From assembly GCF_013315695.1 (NCBI RefSeq), contig NZ_CP054353.1: a stretch of DNA of 64,000 nt; one strand, 5' to 3'. The notes under the pieces are model-generated. The model was given only the letters and a program-made list of their open reading frames with translations, was not told the origin of the DNA and ran no database searches. This document shows, piece after piece, positions 48,352 to 59,432 of the stretch. Position 1 is the stretch's first letter. Every line of letters starts with the position of its first letter. A program made the translations under genes and the position numbers. Source of the stretch: Escherichia coli (GTDB lineage Bacteria; Pseudomonadota; Gammaproteobacteria; Enterobacterales; Enterobacteriaceae).

Positions 48352-51051
48352 ATGCGTAAATATCCTTTAAGTTTACTGAAGGATAAAAATATTGTGACTT
48401 TTTTTGATTTCTGGGGAAAAACCCGACGCGGCGAGAAAGACGGGGGCGACGACTATCACCTTCTTTGCTGGCATTCGCTGGATGTAGCCGCGATGGGCTA
48501 TTTAATGGTTAAAAGCAATTGCTTCGGACTGGCTGACTATTTTCGTCAATTAGGTTTCGCTGACACGGAGCTGGCAGCACAATTTTTCGCCTGGCTGCTG
48601 TGCTGGCACGATATTGGAAAATTTGCCCGCTCTTTTCAGCAACTTTACCTGCACCCACAACTCAAGGTTCCGGAAGGCGCAAGAAAGAATTACGAAAAGA
48701 TCTCTCATTCAACGCTGGGCTACTGGTTGTGGAACCATTATTTAAGTGAATGTCAGGAGTTGCTTCCTTCATCTTCACTCTCTCCGCGCAAACTTAAACG
48801 GGTGATGGAGATGTGGATGCCCATGACTACCGGGCATCATGGTCGACCCCCTGAGCGTATGGATGAACTGGATAATTTTCTGCCTGAAGACAAAGGTGCC
48901 GCACGAGATTTTCTCCTTGCAATCAAGGTACTGTTTCCGCTCATAGAGATCCCCACATTCTGGGATGATGACGAGGGCGTTGAACTTATAAAACAACTTT
49001 CCTGGTATATCTCTGCAACCGTCGTACTTGCAGACTGGACGGGATCGTCAACGCGATATTTTCCACGCGTCGCACAGACAATGGATATTGAAGATTACTG
49101 GCAGAAAACTTTAGTTCAGGCTCAAAACGCCTTAACCGTCTTTCCTCCAAAAGCAGAAAGCGCGCCTTTCACCGGAATTAATACGCTGTTTCCTTTTATT
49201 GAGAATCCGACACCGCTACAGCAAAAGGTGCTGGATCTGGATATCAGCCAGCCGGGACCACAGTTATTTATTCTGGAGGATGTAACCGGCGCAGGTAAAA
49301 CAGAAGCGGCGCTTATCCTGGCGCACAGGTTGATGGCTGCGGGGAAAGCGCAGGGTTTGTTTTTTGGCCTGCCAACAATGGCAACGGCCAATGCCATGTA
49401 CGATCGACTGGTCAAAACCTGGCTTGCTTTCTATTCGCCAGAGTCCCGCCCCAGCCTGGTGCTGGCACACAGTGCCCGAACATTAATGGACCGCTTTAAT
49501 GAATCACTCTGGTCCGGTGATTTAGTCGGGTCAGAAGAACCGGATGAACAAACGTTCAGTCAGGGATGTGCGGCCTGGTTTGCCGACAGTAACAAGAAGG
49601 CGCTACTGGCTGAAATTGGCGTCGGCACGCTGGATCAGGCGATGATGGCTGTGATGCCGTTCAAACATAATAATCTGCGGCTTCTGGGACTGAGTAACAA
49701 AATCCTGCTGGCTGATGAGATCCATGCCTGTGACGCTTACATGTCATGCATTCTTGAAGGGCTGATCGAGCGGCAGGCGCGTGGCGGAAACAGCGTCATT
49801 TTGCTTTCTGCCACGTTATCTCAACAGCAGCGCGACAAACTCGTTGCTGCCTTTGCGCGTGGTATAGAGGGCCAGCAAGAAGCTCCGTTCCTGGAAAAGG
49901 ATGATTACCCCTGGCTGACGCACGTTACGAAATCCGATGTGCATTCACACCGGGTAGCGACGCGCAAAGACGTTGAGCGCAGCGTGAGTGTGGGTTGGCT
50001 TCATAGCGAACAAGAGTGTATTGCGCGTATCGAATCGGCGGTAAGTCAGGGGAAATGTATCGCCTGGATCCGAAATTCTGTCGATGACGCCATCCAGGTT
50101 CATCGTCAGTTACTTGCCCGCGGCGTCATTCCTGCTTCCAGCCTTTCACTTTTTCATAGCCGCTTTGCTTTTAGCGATCGCCAGCGAATTGAAACGGAGA
50201 CGCTGGCACGCTTTGGTAAAGAAGACTGTTCACAGCGTGCCGGAAAAGTCCTCATTTGTACTCAAGTCCTGGAGCAGAGCGTTGACTGCGACCTGGACGA
50301 AATGATTTCCGACCTTGCCCCTGTTGATTTACTGATCCAGCGAGCAGGGCGATTACAGCGACATATCCGCGATATGAATGGCCAGTTAAAGCGTGACGGT
50401 AAAGACGAGCGTCACCCTCCTGAATTGCTGATTCTGGCCCCCGTCTGGGACGACTCTCCGGGTGACGAATGGTTTGGCAGTGCCATGCGTAACAGTGCAT
50501 TTGTCTATCCCGATCATGGGCGAATCTGGCTGACGCAGCGTGTGCTGCGTGAGCAAGGTGCTATTCAGATGCCACACTCAGCCCGGCTTCTGATTGAATC
50601 AGTCTACGGTGAGGACGTAGTAATGCCGGAAGGGTTTGCCCGCAGCGAGCAGGAGCAAGTGGGCAAATATTACTGCGATCGCGCAATGGCTAAAAAGTTT
50701 GTACTGAACTTCAGGCCCGGCTATGCCGCCAATATCAACGATTACCTCCCGGAAAAACTGTCGACACGTCTGGCTGAAGAGTCTGTTTCCCTGTGGCTGG
50801 CTACCTGTATTGACGGTGTGGTGAAGCCTTATGCCACAGGTGCACACGCATGGGAAATGAGCGTTGTCAGAGTGCGCCGAAGCTGGTGGAAAAAACATCG
50901 GGATGAGTTTGCTTTACTGGAAGGGGATGCGTTCAGGCAGTGGTGCGTTGAACAGCGGCATGATCCGGAGATGGCAAACGTGATTTTAGTCACCGATGAC
51001 GAAAGTTGTGGGTATTCGGCTACGGAGGGATTGATTGGCAAGGTTGGTTGA
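48352..51051 (+). CDS. cas3: Cas3 HD-nuclease/helicase (type I signature protein)
   Basis: 899-aa ORF; HD motif LCWHDIGKF; helicase motif I TGAGKTEA, motif II DEIHA; position upstream of cse1; start codon uncertain. Confidence 0.9.
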   Translation: MRKYPLSLLKDKNIVTFFDFWGKTRRGEKDGGDDYHLLCWHSLDVAAMGYLMVKSNCFGLADYFRQLGFADTELAAQFFAWLLCWHDIGKFARSFQQLYLHPQLKVPEGARKNYEKISHSTLGYWLWNHYLSECQELLPSSSLSPRKLKRVMEMWMPMTTGHHGRPPERMDELDNFLPEDKGAARDFLLAIKVLFPLIEIPTFWDDDEGVELIKQLSWYISATVVLADWTGSSTRYFPRVAQTMDIEDYWQKTLVQAQNALTVFPPKAESAPFTGINTLFPFIENPTPLQQKVLDLDISQPGPQLFILEDVTGAGKTEAALILAHRLMAAGKAQGLFFGLPTMATANAMYDRLVKTWLAFYSPESRPSLVLAHSARTLMDRFNESLWSGDLVGSEEPDEQTFSQGCAAWFADSNKKALLAEIGVGTLDQAMMAVMPFKHNNLRLLGLSNKILLADEIHACDAYMSCILEGLIERQARGGNSVILLSATLSQQQRDKLVAAFARGIEGQQEAPFLEKDDYPWLTHVTKSDVHSHRVATRKDVERSVSVGWLHSEQECIARIESAVSQGKCIAWIRNSVDDAIQVHRQLLARGVIPASSLSLFHSRFAFSDRQRIETETLARFGKEDCSQRAGKVLICTQVLEQSVDCDLDEMISDLAPVDLLIQRAGRLQRHIRDMNGQLKRDGKDERHPPELLILAPVWDDSPGDEWFGSAMRNSAFVYPDHGRIWLTQRVLREQGAIQMPHSARLLIESVYGEDVVMPEGFARSEQEQVGKYYCDRAMAKKFVLNFRPGYAANINDYLPEKLSTRLAEESVSLWLATCIDGVVKPYATGAHAWEMSVVRVRRSWWKKHRDEFALLEGDAFRQWCVEQRHDPEMANVILVTDDESCGYSATEGLIGKVG

Positions 51052-51140
51052 GATGTCTGCGACAGGATTCTCTGAATAGTTGATACACAAAAAAGGATGG
51101 ACAACCGACCAGGGATGGTCTTTTTTACGAGAGGATGCGT

Positions 51141-52703
51141 ATGAACTCGTTTTCACTTCTGACAACCCCGTGGTTGCCTGTTCGTTTCAAAGACGGAACG
51201 ACAGGCAAGCTGGCATCAGTCGATCTGGCTGATGAGAATGTTGTCGATATCGCCGCACCGCGAGCAGATTTACAAGGTGCGGCCTGGCAGTTTTTGCTGG
51301 GACTACTACAAACCAGCTTCGCGCCAAAAGATCATCGTCGTTGGGATGATATCTGGGAAGACGGACTGGAAGCTGAAAAGCTACGAGAAGCATTGCTGTC
51401 TTTAGAACATGCTTTCCAGTTTGGGCCTGATTCATCTTCATTTATGCAGGATTTTGAGGCGCTCACGGGAGATAAAGTTCCGGTCGCTTCGCTACTGCCT
51501 GAGATTCCCGGCTCTCAAACGACGAAGTTTAATAAAGACCATTTTATCAAGCGGGGTGTAACGGAATATCTGTGCCCCCATTGCTTAGCATTGGCCTTGT
51601 TCTCTTTACAGTTGAATGCACCCGCGGGCGGCAAAGGCTATCGCACCGGTTTACGCGGCGGTGGGCCGATGACGACTCTCATTGAATTACAGGAATATCA
51701 GGGCAATCAACAAACACCCTTGTGGCGCAAACTGTGGCTCAACGTGATGCCGCAGGATGAAGCCGACTTACCGCTACCCAAAAAATTTGACGATCTGATT
51801 TTCCCCTGGCTAGGCCCGACGCGTACCAGCGAACTGGCCGGTGCGGTGGTAACCCATGATCAGGTCAATAAACTCCAGGCGTACTGGGGAATGCCGCGGC
51901 GTATACGTATTGATTTTAATACCACGACAGTCGGCAACTGCGATATTTGCGACGAGCAGAACGACGCGCTCCTGAGCCTGATGACGACCAAAAATTATGG
52001 TGCCAATTATGCCATGTGGCAGCATCCCTTAACGCCTTACCGTGTACCACTTAAAGAGGGTGGCGAGTTTTACTCCGTTAAACCACAACCGGGCGGTTTA
52101 ATCTGGCGCGACTGGTTAGGCCTTATCGAAACGGGTAAATCAGAAAACAATACGGAACTTCCCGCGCTGGTGGTGAAACTCTTTAATGCCAGCAGTCTGA
52201 AACAGGCAAAAGTGGGCCTATGGGGATTTGGTTATGATTTTGACAACATGAAAGCGCGCTGTTGGTACGAACACCATTTCCCGCTACTGCTCAATAAAAA
52301 AGAAGGCCAGATACCGAAGCTGCGGCTGGCTGCGCAAACGGCTTCACGGATTCTGAGTCTGTTACGGAGTGCATTGAAAGAAGCATGGTTCTCCGATCCA
52401 AAAGGTGCAAGGGGTGATTTCAGTTTTGTGGATATCGACTTCTGGAACAAAACTCAGCATCGCTTCCTGAGGTTAGTGCGCCAAATTGAAGAAGGTCAGG
52501 ATGCGGATGAATTACTCGGCAAATGGCAAAAGGAAATTTGGTTATTCGCGCGTCAGGATTTTGACGAGCGTGTATTCACTAATCCTTATGAGCCCGTTGA
52601 TTTGAAACGCGTCATGACCGCGCGCAAGAAATATTTTACAACATCGGCGGAGAAGCAAAGTGCTAAAGCCGCCAGGGAGAAAAAGCAGGAGGCTGCTGAA
52701 TGA
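51141..52703 (+). CDS. casA: Cascade large subunit Cse1 (CasA)
   Basis: About 520 aa; first gene of Cascade operon after cas3; RBS gagagga before ATG 51141 (alternative ATG 51135). Confidence 0.85.
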   Translation: MNSFSLLTTPWLPVRFKDGTTGKLASVDLADENVVDIAAPRADLQGAAWQFLLGLLQTSFAPKDHRRWDDIWEDGLEAEKLREALLSLEHAFQFGPDSSSFMQDFEALTGDKVPVASLLPEIPGSQTTKFNKDHFIKRGVTEYLCPHCLALALFSLQLNAPAGGKGYRTGLRGGGPMTTLIELQEYQGNQQTPLWRKLWLNVMPQDEADLPLPKKFDDLIFPWLGPTRTSELAGAVVTHDQVNKLQAYWGMPRRIRIDFNTTTVGNCDICDEQNDALLSLMTTKNYGANYAMWQHPLTPYRVPLKEGGEFYSVKPQPGGLIWRDWLGLIETGKSENNTELPALVVKLFNASSLKQAKVGLWGFGYDFDNMKARCWYEHHFPLLLNKKEGQIPKLRLAAQTASRILSLLRSALKEAWFSDPKGARGDFSFVDIDFWNKTQHRFLRLVRQIEEGQDADELLGKWQKEIWLFARQDFDERVFTNPYEPVDLKRVMTARKKYFTTSAEKQSAKAAREKKQEAAE

Positions 52704-53236
52704 GTATTGTAAAAGAGGAGCACAAAGCCACGCTGCGTAAATGGCACGAAGAGTTGCAGGAAAAACGCGGCAATCGTGCCAGTCTGCGGCGTAGCACAAC
52801 GGTTAATGATGTTTGTCTGTCAGAAGGTTTTCGTTCTCTGCTGATGCAGACCCACACGTTGTGGAAAATTGAATCACAGGAGTGGCGTTTTACCGCACTG
52901 GCGCTGGTTGCCGCCGTTGCCGCCAATGTAAAAGCCATTGATGAACGGCAGCCTTTTGCCGCGCAGTTGGCGGCGGTAATGTCTGAGGGGCGTTTTACTC
53001 GCCTGTCGGCAGTCAAAACGCCGGATGAATTACTGCGCCAGTTACGTCGCGCGGTCAAATTATTAAATGGTTCCGTCAATCTTATCTCTTTGGCAGACGA
53101 TATTTTCCGCTGGTGCCAGGAGAGTGACGACCTGCTCAATCATCACCGCCGCCAGCAGCGGCCAACAGAATTTATCCGTATCCGCTGGGCGCTGGAATAT
53201 TACCAGGCTGGCGACGCCGATAACGAACAAAATTAA
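52700..53236 (+). CDS. casB: Cascade small subunit Cse2 (CasB)
   Basis: 178 aa; ATGA overlap with casA stop; position between cse1 and cas7e. Confidence 0.8.
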   Translation: MSIVKEEHKATLRKWHEELQEKRGNRASLRRSTTVNDVCLSEGFRSLLMQTHTLWKIESQEWRFTALALVAAVAANVKAIDERQPFAAQLAAVMSEGRFTRLSAVKTPDELLRQLRRAVKLLNGSVNLISLADDIFRWCQESDDLLNHHRRQQRPTEFIRIRWALEYYQAGDADNEQN

Positions 53237-53250
53237 TAAAGGACTATCTC

Positions 53251-54306
53251 ATGACGACATTTATTCAGCTTCATTTGTTAACCGCTTACCCTGCTGCCAA
53301 CCTTAACCGTGATGACACCGGTGCGCCAAAAACTGTGGTACTGGGTGGAGCAACGCGTCTGCGCGTTTCCTCGCAAAGTCTGAAACGTGCGTGGCGCACT
53401 TCTGCACTTTTTGAACAGGCGCTGGCGGGCCATATTGGTATTCGTAGTGGGCGTATCGCGCGCGAGGCAGCAACTATCATGATTGAGAAAGGAATCGAAG
53501 AAAAAAAAGCCATCGAATGGGCGGCAGATATTGCCGATTATCTTGGTAAAGCCAAAAAAGACAAAAAACCAAAAGATCCGCTCACTAACGCTGAAACTGA
53601 ACAGCTCGTCCATATCAGCCCGGCAGAATTTGACGCCGTAAAAGCGCTGGCCCATCAACTGGCAGAAGAAAAGCGCGCGCCAAAAGAGGACGATCTCGCT
53701 TTGTTACGTAAAGATCGTATGGCGGTAGATATCGCCATGTTTGGTCGTATGCTGGCGAATAAACCCGAGTTTAATGTTGAAGCCGCCTGTCAGGTCGCGC
53801 ACGCGTTTGGTGTCAGTGAAACGATTGTCGAAGATGATTTTTTCACCGCCGTTGATGATTTGCGCCAGGCCTCTGAAGATGCTGGTGCAGGGCATCTTGG
53901 TGAAACTGGATTTGGTTCTGCGCTGTTCTACACCTATATCTGCATTGATAAAGATCTGCTGGTCGAAAACCTCGGCGGTGACGAAGCATTAGCTAATCAG
54001 ACCCTGCGCGCCTTTACGGAAGCAGCGTTTAAAGTTTCCCCAACCGGTAAACAAAACAGCTTTGCCAGCCGTGCCTACGCCTCCTGGGCGCTGGCAGAAA
54101 AAGGCACCGAACAACCGCGTTCTCTGGCGGCGGCTTTCTATGAACCCATTAATGGCACACGTCAGTTAGATGTGGCGGTGCAGCGTATTACAACGCTTCG
54201 CGAAAACATGAATACGGTTTACGAACAGAAGACCGAATGCGCAAGTTTTGACGTGATGAACAAACAGGGAAGCATGAAGGACGTGCTGGACTTTATCTGC
54301 GCGTAA
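53251..54306 (+). CDS. casC: Cascade backbone subunit Cas7e (CasC)
   Basis: 351 aa; N-terminus MTTFIQLHLLTAYPAANLNRDDTGAPK typical of Cas7e. Confidence 0.9.
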   Translation: MTTFIQLHLLTAYPAANLNRDDTGAPKTVVLGGATRLRVSSQSLKRAWRTSALFEQALAGHIGIRSGRIAREAATIMIEKGIEEKKAIEWAADIADYLGKAKKDKKPKDPLTNAETEQLVHISPAEFDAVKALAHQLAEEKRAPKEDDLALLRKDRMAVDIAMFGRMLANKPEFNVEAACQVAHAFGVSETIVEDDFFTAVDDLRQASEDAGAGHLGETGFGSALFYTYICIDKDLLVENLGGDEALANQTLRAFTEAAFKVSPTGKQNSFASRAYASWALAEKGTEQPRSLAAAFYEPINGTRQLDVAVQRITTLRENMNTVYEQKTECASFDVMNKQGSMKDVLDFICA

Positions 54307-54316
54307 GGGGCGGCTT

Positions 54317-55063
54317 ATGAGCCAATATCTGATTTTTCAGCTTCATGGGCCAATGGCATCCTGGGGCGTTGATGCACCCGGTGAGGTGCGTCATACCCAT
54401 GAACTGCCTTCGCGTTCAGCATTGCTGGGGCTGCTGGCTGCCGGGGTAGGGATACGGCGTGATGACACCGAATGCTTAAACGCGTTTAATCGCCACTATT
54501 CACTGGTGGTTTGCGCCAGCCGTAACCCGCGCTGGGCACGGGATTATCACACGGTCCAGATGCCAAAAGAGGTGCGTAAAGCGCGTTATTTCAGCCGTCG
54601 CGAAGAGTTGAGCGACCCTGATCTTCTAAGCGCGATTATCTCCCGGCGCGACTACTACACCGATGCCTGGTGGATGGTGGCCGTGGCAACAACAGCTGAT
54701 GCGCCTTACAGCCTCGAACAGTTGCAGGAAGGTTTACGCCATCCGGCTTTTCCGCTTTATCTGGGGCGAAAAAGCCATCCGCTGGCATTACCCCTTGCGC
54801 CGTTACTGCTTGAAGGTAACGCGTCTGATGCCTTACGTAACGCATACCAACAGTATCAGGATCGTTTCCACGAACTGAAAGTCTCACTCCCGAAACTTCA
54901 GGATGAATGCTGGTGGGAAGGGGAGCACGATGGCCTGGTCTCGAGCAAAATATTACGCCGCCGGGATGTTCCTTTAAATCGTCAGCAGTGGCTGTTTGGG
55001 GAACGCACCGTCAATCAGGGGCCGTGGCTCAGCAAGGAGGAACCATGTACCTCTCAAGAATAA
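54317..55063 (+). CDS. casD: Cascade subunit Cas5e (CasD)
   Basis: 248 aa; N-terminus MSQYLIFQLHGPMASWG...LLGLLAAGVGIRRDD typical of Cas5e. Confidence 0.9.
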   Translation: MSQYLIFQLHGPMASWGVDAPGEVRHTHELPSRSALLGLLAAGVGIRRDDTECLNAFNRHYSLVVCASRNPRWARDYHTVQMPKEVRKARYFSRREELSDPDLLSAIISRRDYYTDAWWMVAVATTADAPYSLEQLQEGLRHPAFPLYLGRKSHPLALPLAPLLLEGNASDALRNAYQQYQDRFHELKVSLPKLQDECWWEGEHDGLVSSKILRRRDVPLNRQQWLFGERTVNQGPWLSKEEPCTSQE

Positions 55064-55691
55064 CCTTACATACCGGTCAGCTTTCGCCTGCGCAGTTGCT
55101 GCATTTGGTGGATCGCGGTGAATATGTGATGCATCAGTGGCTGTGGGATCTTTTTCCTGGCGGCAAAGAAAGGCAATTTCTTTATCGTCGGGAAGAACTC
55201 CAGGGCGCGTTTCGCTTTTTTGTCCTGTCGCAGGAACGCCCGGCGGAAAGTGAAACGTTCACCATCGAATGCCGGTCATTTGCGCCTGAACTGCATACCG
55301 GACAATCCCTTTGTTTCAACCTGCGGGCGAATCCAACAGTCTGTAAAGCGGGTAAGCGCCACGATCTGCTGATGGAGGCGAAACGGCAGGTGAGGGGGCA
55401 GGCGGAAGGAAGAAATGTCTGGTTGCATCAACAACAGGCGGCGCTGGACTGGCTGGCAGCGCAGGGGGAGAGAAGCGGTTTTACACTGCTGGATACCTCG
55501 GTCGATGCCTACCGACAACAGCAACTGCGGCGGGAAAACTCCCGGCAACTGATCCAGTTCAGTAGCGTGGATTATACGGGGATGCTTACGGTCACCGATC
55601 CTGGGTTATTTCTGCAACGTCTGAGCCAGGGGTATGGCAAAAGCCGGGCGTTCGGTTGTGGTCTGATGCTGATCAAACCTGGAGCAGAGGC

Positions 55692-55695
<4 letters not shown>
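55045..55695 (+). CDS. casE: crRNA endoribonuclease Cas6e (CasE)
   Basis: 216 aa from MYLSRITLHTGQ after AGGAGG RBS; C-terminal Gly-rich loop GYGKSRAFGCGLM; overlaps casD 3' end. Confidence 0.85.
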
Positions 55696-56905
<1,210 letters not shown>

Positions 56906-57001
56906 GTTACCCGTTCTTTAAAAATAAGGAAAAGTTTGAATTTAGTTGGTAGATTGTTGTTGTGGAATAAAATTGTTTAAAAACAGATACGTATGCTTAG
57001 T
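56906..57001 (+). promoter_or_regulatory. CRISPR leader of cas-adjacent array
   Basis: A/T-rich 96 bp containing agttggtagattgttg motif shared with distal leader; directly precedes repeat 1. Confidence 0.6.
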
Positions 57002-57212
57002 GTGTTCCCCGCGCCAGCGGGGATAAACCGGCTGGGTACTAGCCAGGGTGAAAGGAAGTCACGTGTTCCCCGCGCCAGCGGGGATAAACCGTCGACAATG
57101 GATAAGTTGACTTCAGGTCTGGGGAGTTCCCCGCGCTAGCGGGAATAAACCGTGCAGTACGCCTGATGACAAACCAGGCATCGGGAGTTCCCCCGCGTCA
57201 GCGGGGAACTCC
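57002..57212 (+). CRISPR. Type I-E CRISPR array adjacent to cas2, 4 repeats / 3 spacers
   Basis: Repeats at 57002, 57063, 57124, 57185 (61-bp period); repeats 3 and 4 degenerate; spacers gctgggtactagccagggtgaaaggaagtcac, tcgacaatggataagttgacttcaggtctggg, tgcagtacgcctgatgacaaaccaggcatcgg. Confidence 0.9.
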
Positions 57213-57233
57213 CAGCTCCCATTTTCAAACCCA

Positions 57234-58271
57234 TCAAGACGCCTTCGCCAGCTCCTTCACCAGCGGTAGCATTATCCGCATAACGTCACGGCAGCGACGT
57301 TCTATTCTTCCAGGAAGCGCCTTATCAATATGCTGTTGATTATCAAGCCTTACATCATGCCAGCTATTTCCTGCAGGGAATGCGGTTGTTTTTGCGCGTT
57401 GCTGATAACCATCCTTATTCCCAAGATCCCAGTTAGTCGCTTCCACCGAAAGTACAGCAATGCCCGCTTTGTCGAATATTTCTGCGTCATTACAACACCC
57501 AGTGCCTTTCGGATAATTTTTATTCAAACCCGGATTGGTCGTTGCGGCAATTCCATGACTACGCGCAATTGCCAGCGCCCTGTCGCGCGTTAATTTCCTT
57601 ACTGCTTCAGGGGTTTTTACACCGCTGTTGAAATACAATTTATCGCCAACAATTAAGTTATCGAGATTAATCACCAGCAGTGTATTTTTCTTTTCGGAGT
57701 CACTCATCCGCTTGAGTAAATTCTCAGCGCCTAATTTCCCTTCCTCTTCGCCGCTGGTCGCCACAAATCGAATACCATACTCGGTAGGCGTATTTTTCAG
57801 GCGTTCTGCCAATTCCAGCATGACACCTAAACCTGCGGCGTTATCATCCATTCCTTGTAACGTCAGCCCGCCGAGATTGGCATCGGCGTCAGCATCGCTC
57901 AGCGGGGCGTAAGTATCCAGATGCGCCATAATGATGATCTGCTGCGGCGCTTTGCCTTCATGAGCGGCAATCACCGTACTTCCCGTCACGTTATGCCAGC
58001 TCTTGCGATTATCGCGGGCGGTATAAATATACCGACTATTAAATGTCCGAATATCACTGCGATAACCCATTTGCTGAAACTGTTGGCGAATATAATCGGC
58101 AGATAACATTTCTGCAGGAGTTCCGGTCATGCGTCCCGGAAAGAAAGTAGCAATATGTCGTGCCTGGGTATTAGCAAAATCGCCAGGTTTAGGTGACGAG
58201 GCGTGTACGGGGAGAATAAAGCATACGCCGAGCGCCAGGGCAGCGGTACGGTGGCGCAATGCGGAAAACAT
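57234..58271 (-). CDS. iap: Alkaline phosphatase isozyme conversion aminopeptidase (M28 family)
   Basis: 345-aa ORF with signal peptide, matching remembered Iap; convergent on CRISPR array end. Confidence 0.9.
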   Translation of the reverse strand: MFSALRHRTAALALGVCFILPVHASSPKPGDFANTQARHIATFFPGRMTGTPAEMLSADYIRQQFQQMGYRSDIRTFNSRYIYTARDNRKSWHNVTGSTVIAAHEGKAPQQIIIMAHLDTYAPLSDADADANLGGLTLQGMDDNAAGLGVMLELAERLKNTPTEYGIRFVATSGEEEGKLGAENLLKRMSDSEKKNTLLVINLDNLIVGDKLYFNSGVKTPEAVRKLTRDRALAIARSHGIAATTNPGLNKNYPKGTGCCNDAEIFDKAGIAVLSVEATNWDLGNKDGYQQRAKTTAFPAGNSWHDVRLDNQQHIDKALPGRIERRCRDVMRIMLPLVKELAKAS

Positions 58272-58522
58272 AGTGAGTCCTTAAATACCATGCAAATTTT
58301 TTTACCGCCATAGTATGAAACTGCCGCTGCGCTAAAACAATTTCAAATCTTCCTAAACGCCCGAAATCCGGTGCCTTAAGCACTTTTTGATATTAGCTTT
58401 GCCAAATCGTTATTCCGTTAAGGAACTACTCATTCTAATTGGTAATTTCATTCGTTCTCTTACGCTCCCTATAGTCGAAACATCTGATGGCAAGAAAATA
58501 GCGGTATTGCAAAGGAACGGTT

Positions 58523-59431
58523 ATGGATCAAAAACGACTTACTCACCTGCGGCAACTGGAGGCGGAAAGCATCCACATTATTCGCGAGGTGGCGGCAGAA
58601 TTCTCAAATCCGGTGATGCTCTACTCTATCGGTAAAGATTCCAGCGTCATGTTGCATCTGGCGCGCAAGGCGTTTTATCCAGGTACGCTGCCTTTCCCGT
58701 TGCTGCATGTCGATACCGGCTGGAAATTCCGCGAGATGTATGAGTTCCGCGATCGTACGGCGAAAGCCTACGGCTGCGAGCTGCTGGTGCATAAAAACCC
58801 GGAAGGCGTGGCGATGGGGATTAATCCATTCGTACACGGCAGCGCGAAACATACCGATATTATGAAAACTGAAGGCCTGAAACAGGCGCTGAACAAATAC
58901 GGTTTTGATGCCGCCTTCGGTGGTGCGCGCCGTGACGAAGAGAAATCCCGCGCTAAAGAGCGAATCTACTCTTTCCGTGACCGCTTCCATCGCTGGGATC
59001 CGAAAAATCAGCGCCCGGAGCTGTGGCACAACTACAACGGGCAAATTAACAAAGGCGAAAGCATCCGCGTCTTCCCGCTCTCTAACTGGACCGAGCAGGA
59101 TATCTGGCAATACATCTGGCTGGAAAATATCGACATTGTGCCGCTGTATCTCGCTGCGGAACGTCCGGTTCTGGAACGCGACGGTATGTTGATGATGATT
59201 GATGACAACCGTATCGACCTGCAACCGGGCGAAGTGATTAAAAAACGGATGGTGCGTTTCCGTACGCTGGGCTGCTGGCCGCTGACCGGTGCGGTGGAGT
59301 CAAATGCACAAACACTGCCGGAGATCATCGAAGAGATGCTGGTTTCCACCACCAGTGAACGTCAGGGCCGCGTGATTGACCGCGACCAGGCGGGGTCTAT
59401 GGAGCTGAAAAAACGTCAGGGGTATTTTTAA
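58523..59431 (+). CDS. cysD: Sulfate adenylyltransferase subunit 2
   Basis: 302 aa; PAPS-reductase-like fold motif SIGKDSSV. Confidence 0.95.
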   Translation: MDQKRLTHLRQLEAESIHIIREVAAEFSNPVMLYSIGKDSSVMLHLARKAFYPGTLPFPLLHVDTGWKFREMYEFRDRTAKAYGCELLVHKNPEGVAMGINPFVHGSAKHTDIMKTEGLKQALNKYGFDAAFGGARRDEEKSRAKERIYSFRDRFHRWDPKNQRPELWHNYNGQINKGESIRVFPLSNWTEQDIWQYIWLENIDIVPLYLAAERPVLERDGMLMMIDDNRIDLQPGEVIKKRMVRFRTLGCWPLTGAVESNAQTLPEIIEEMLVSTTSERQGRVIDRDQAGSMELKKRQGYF

Positions 59432-59432
59432 G

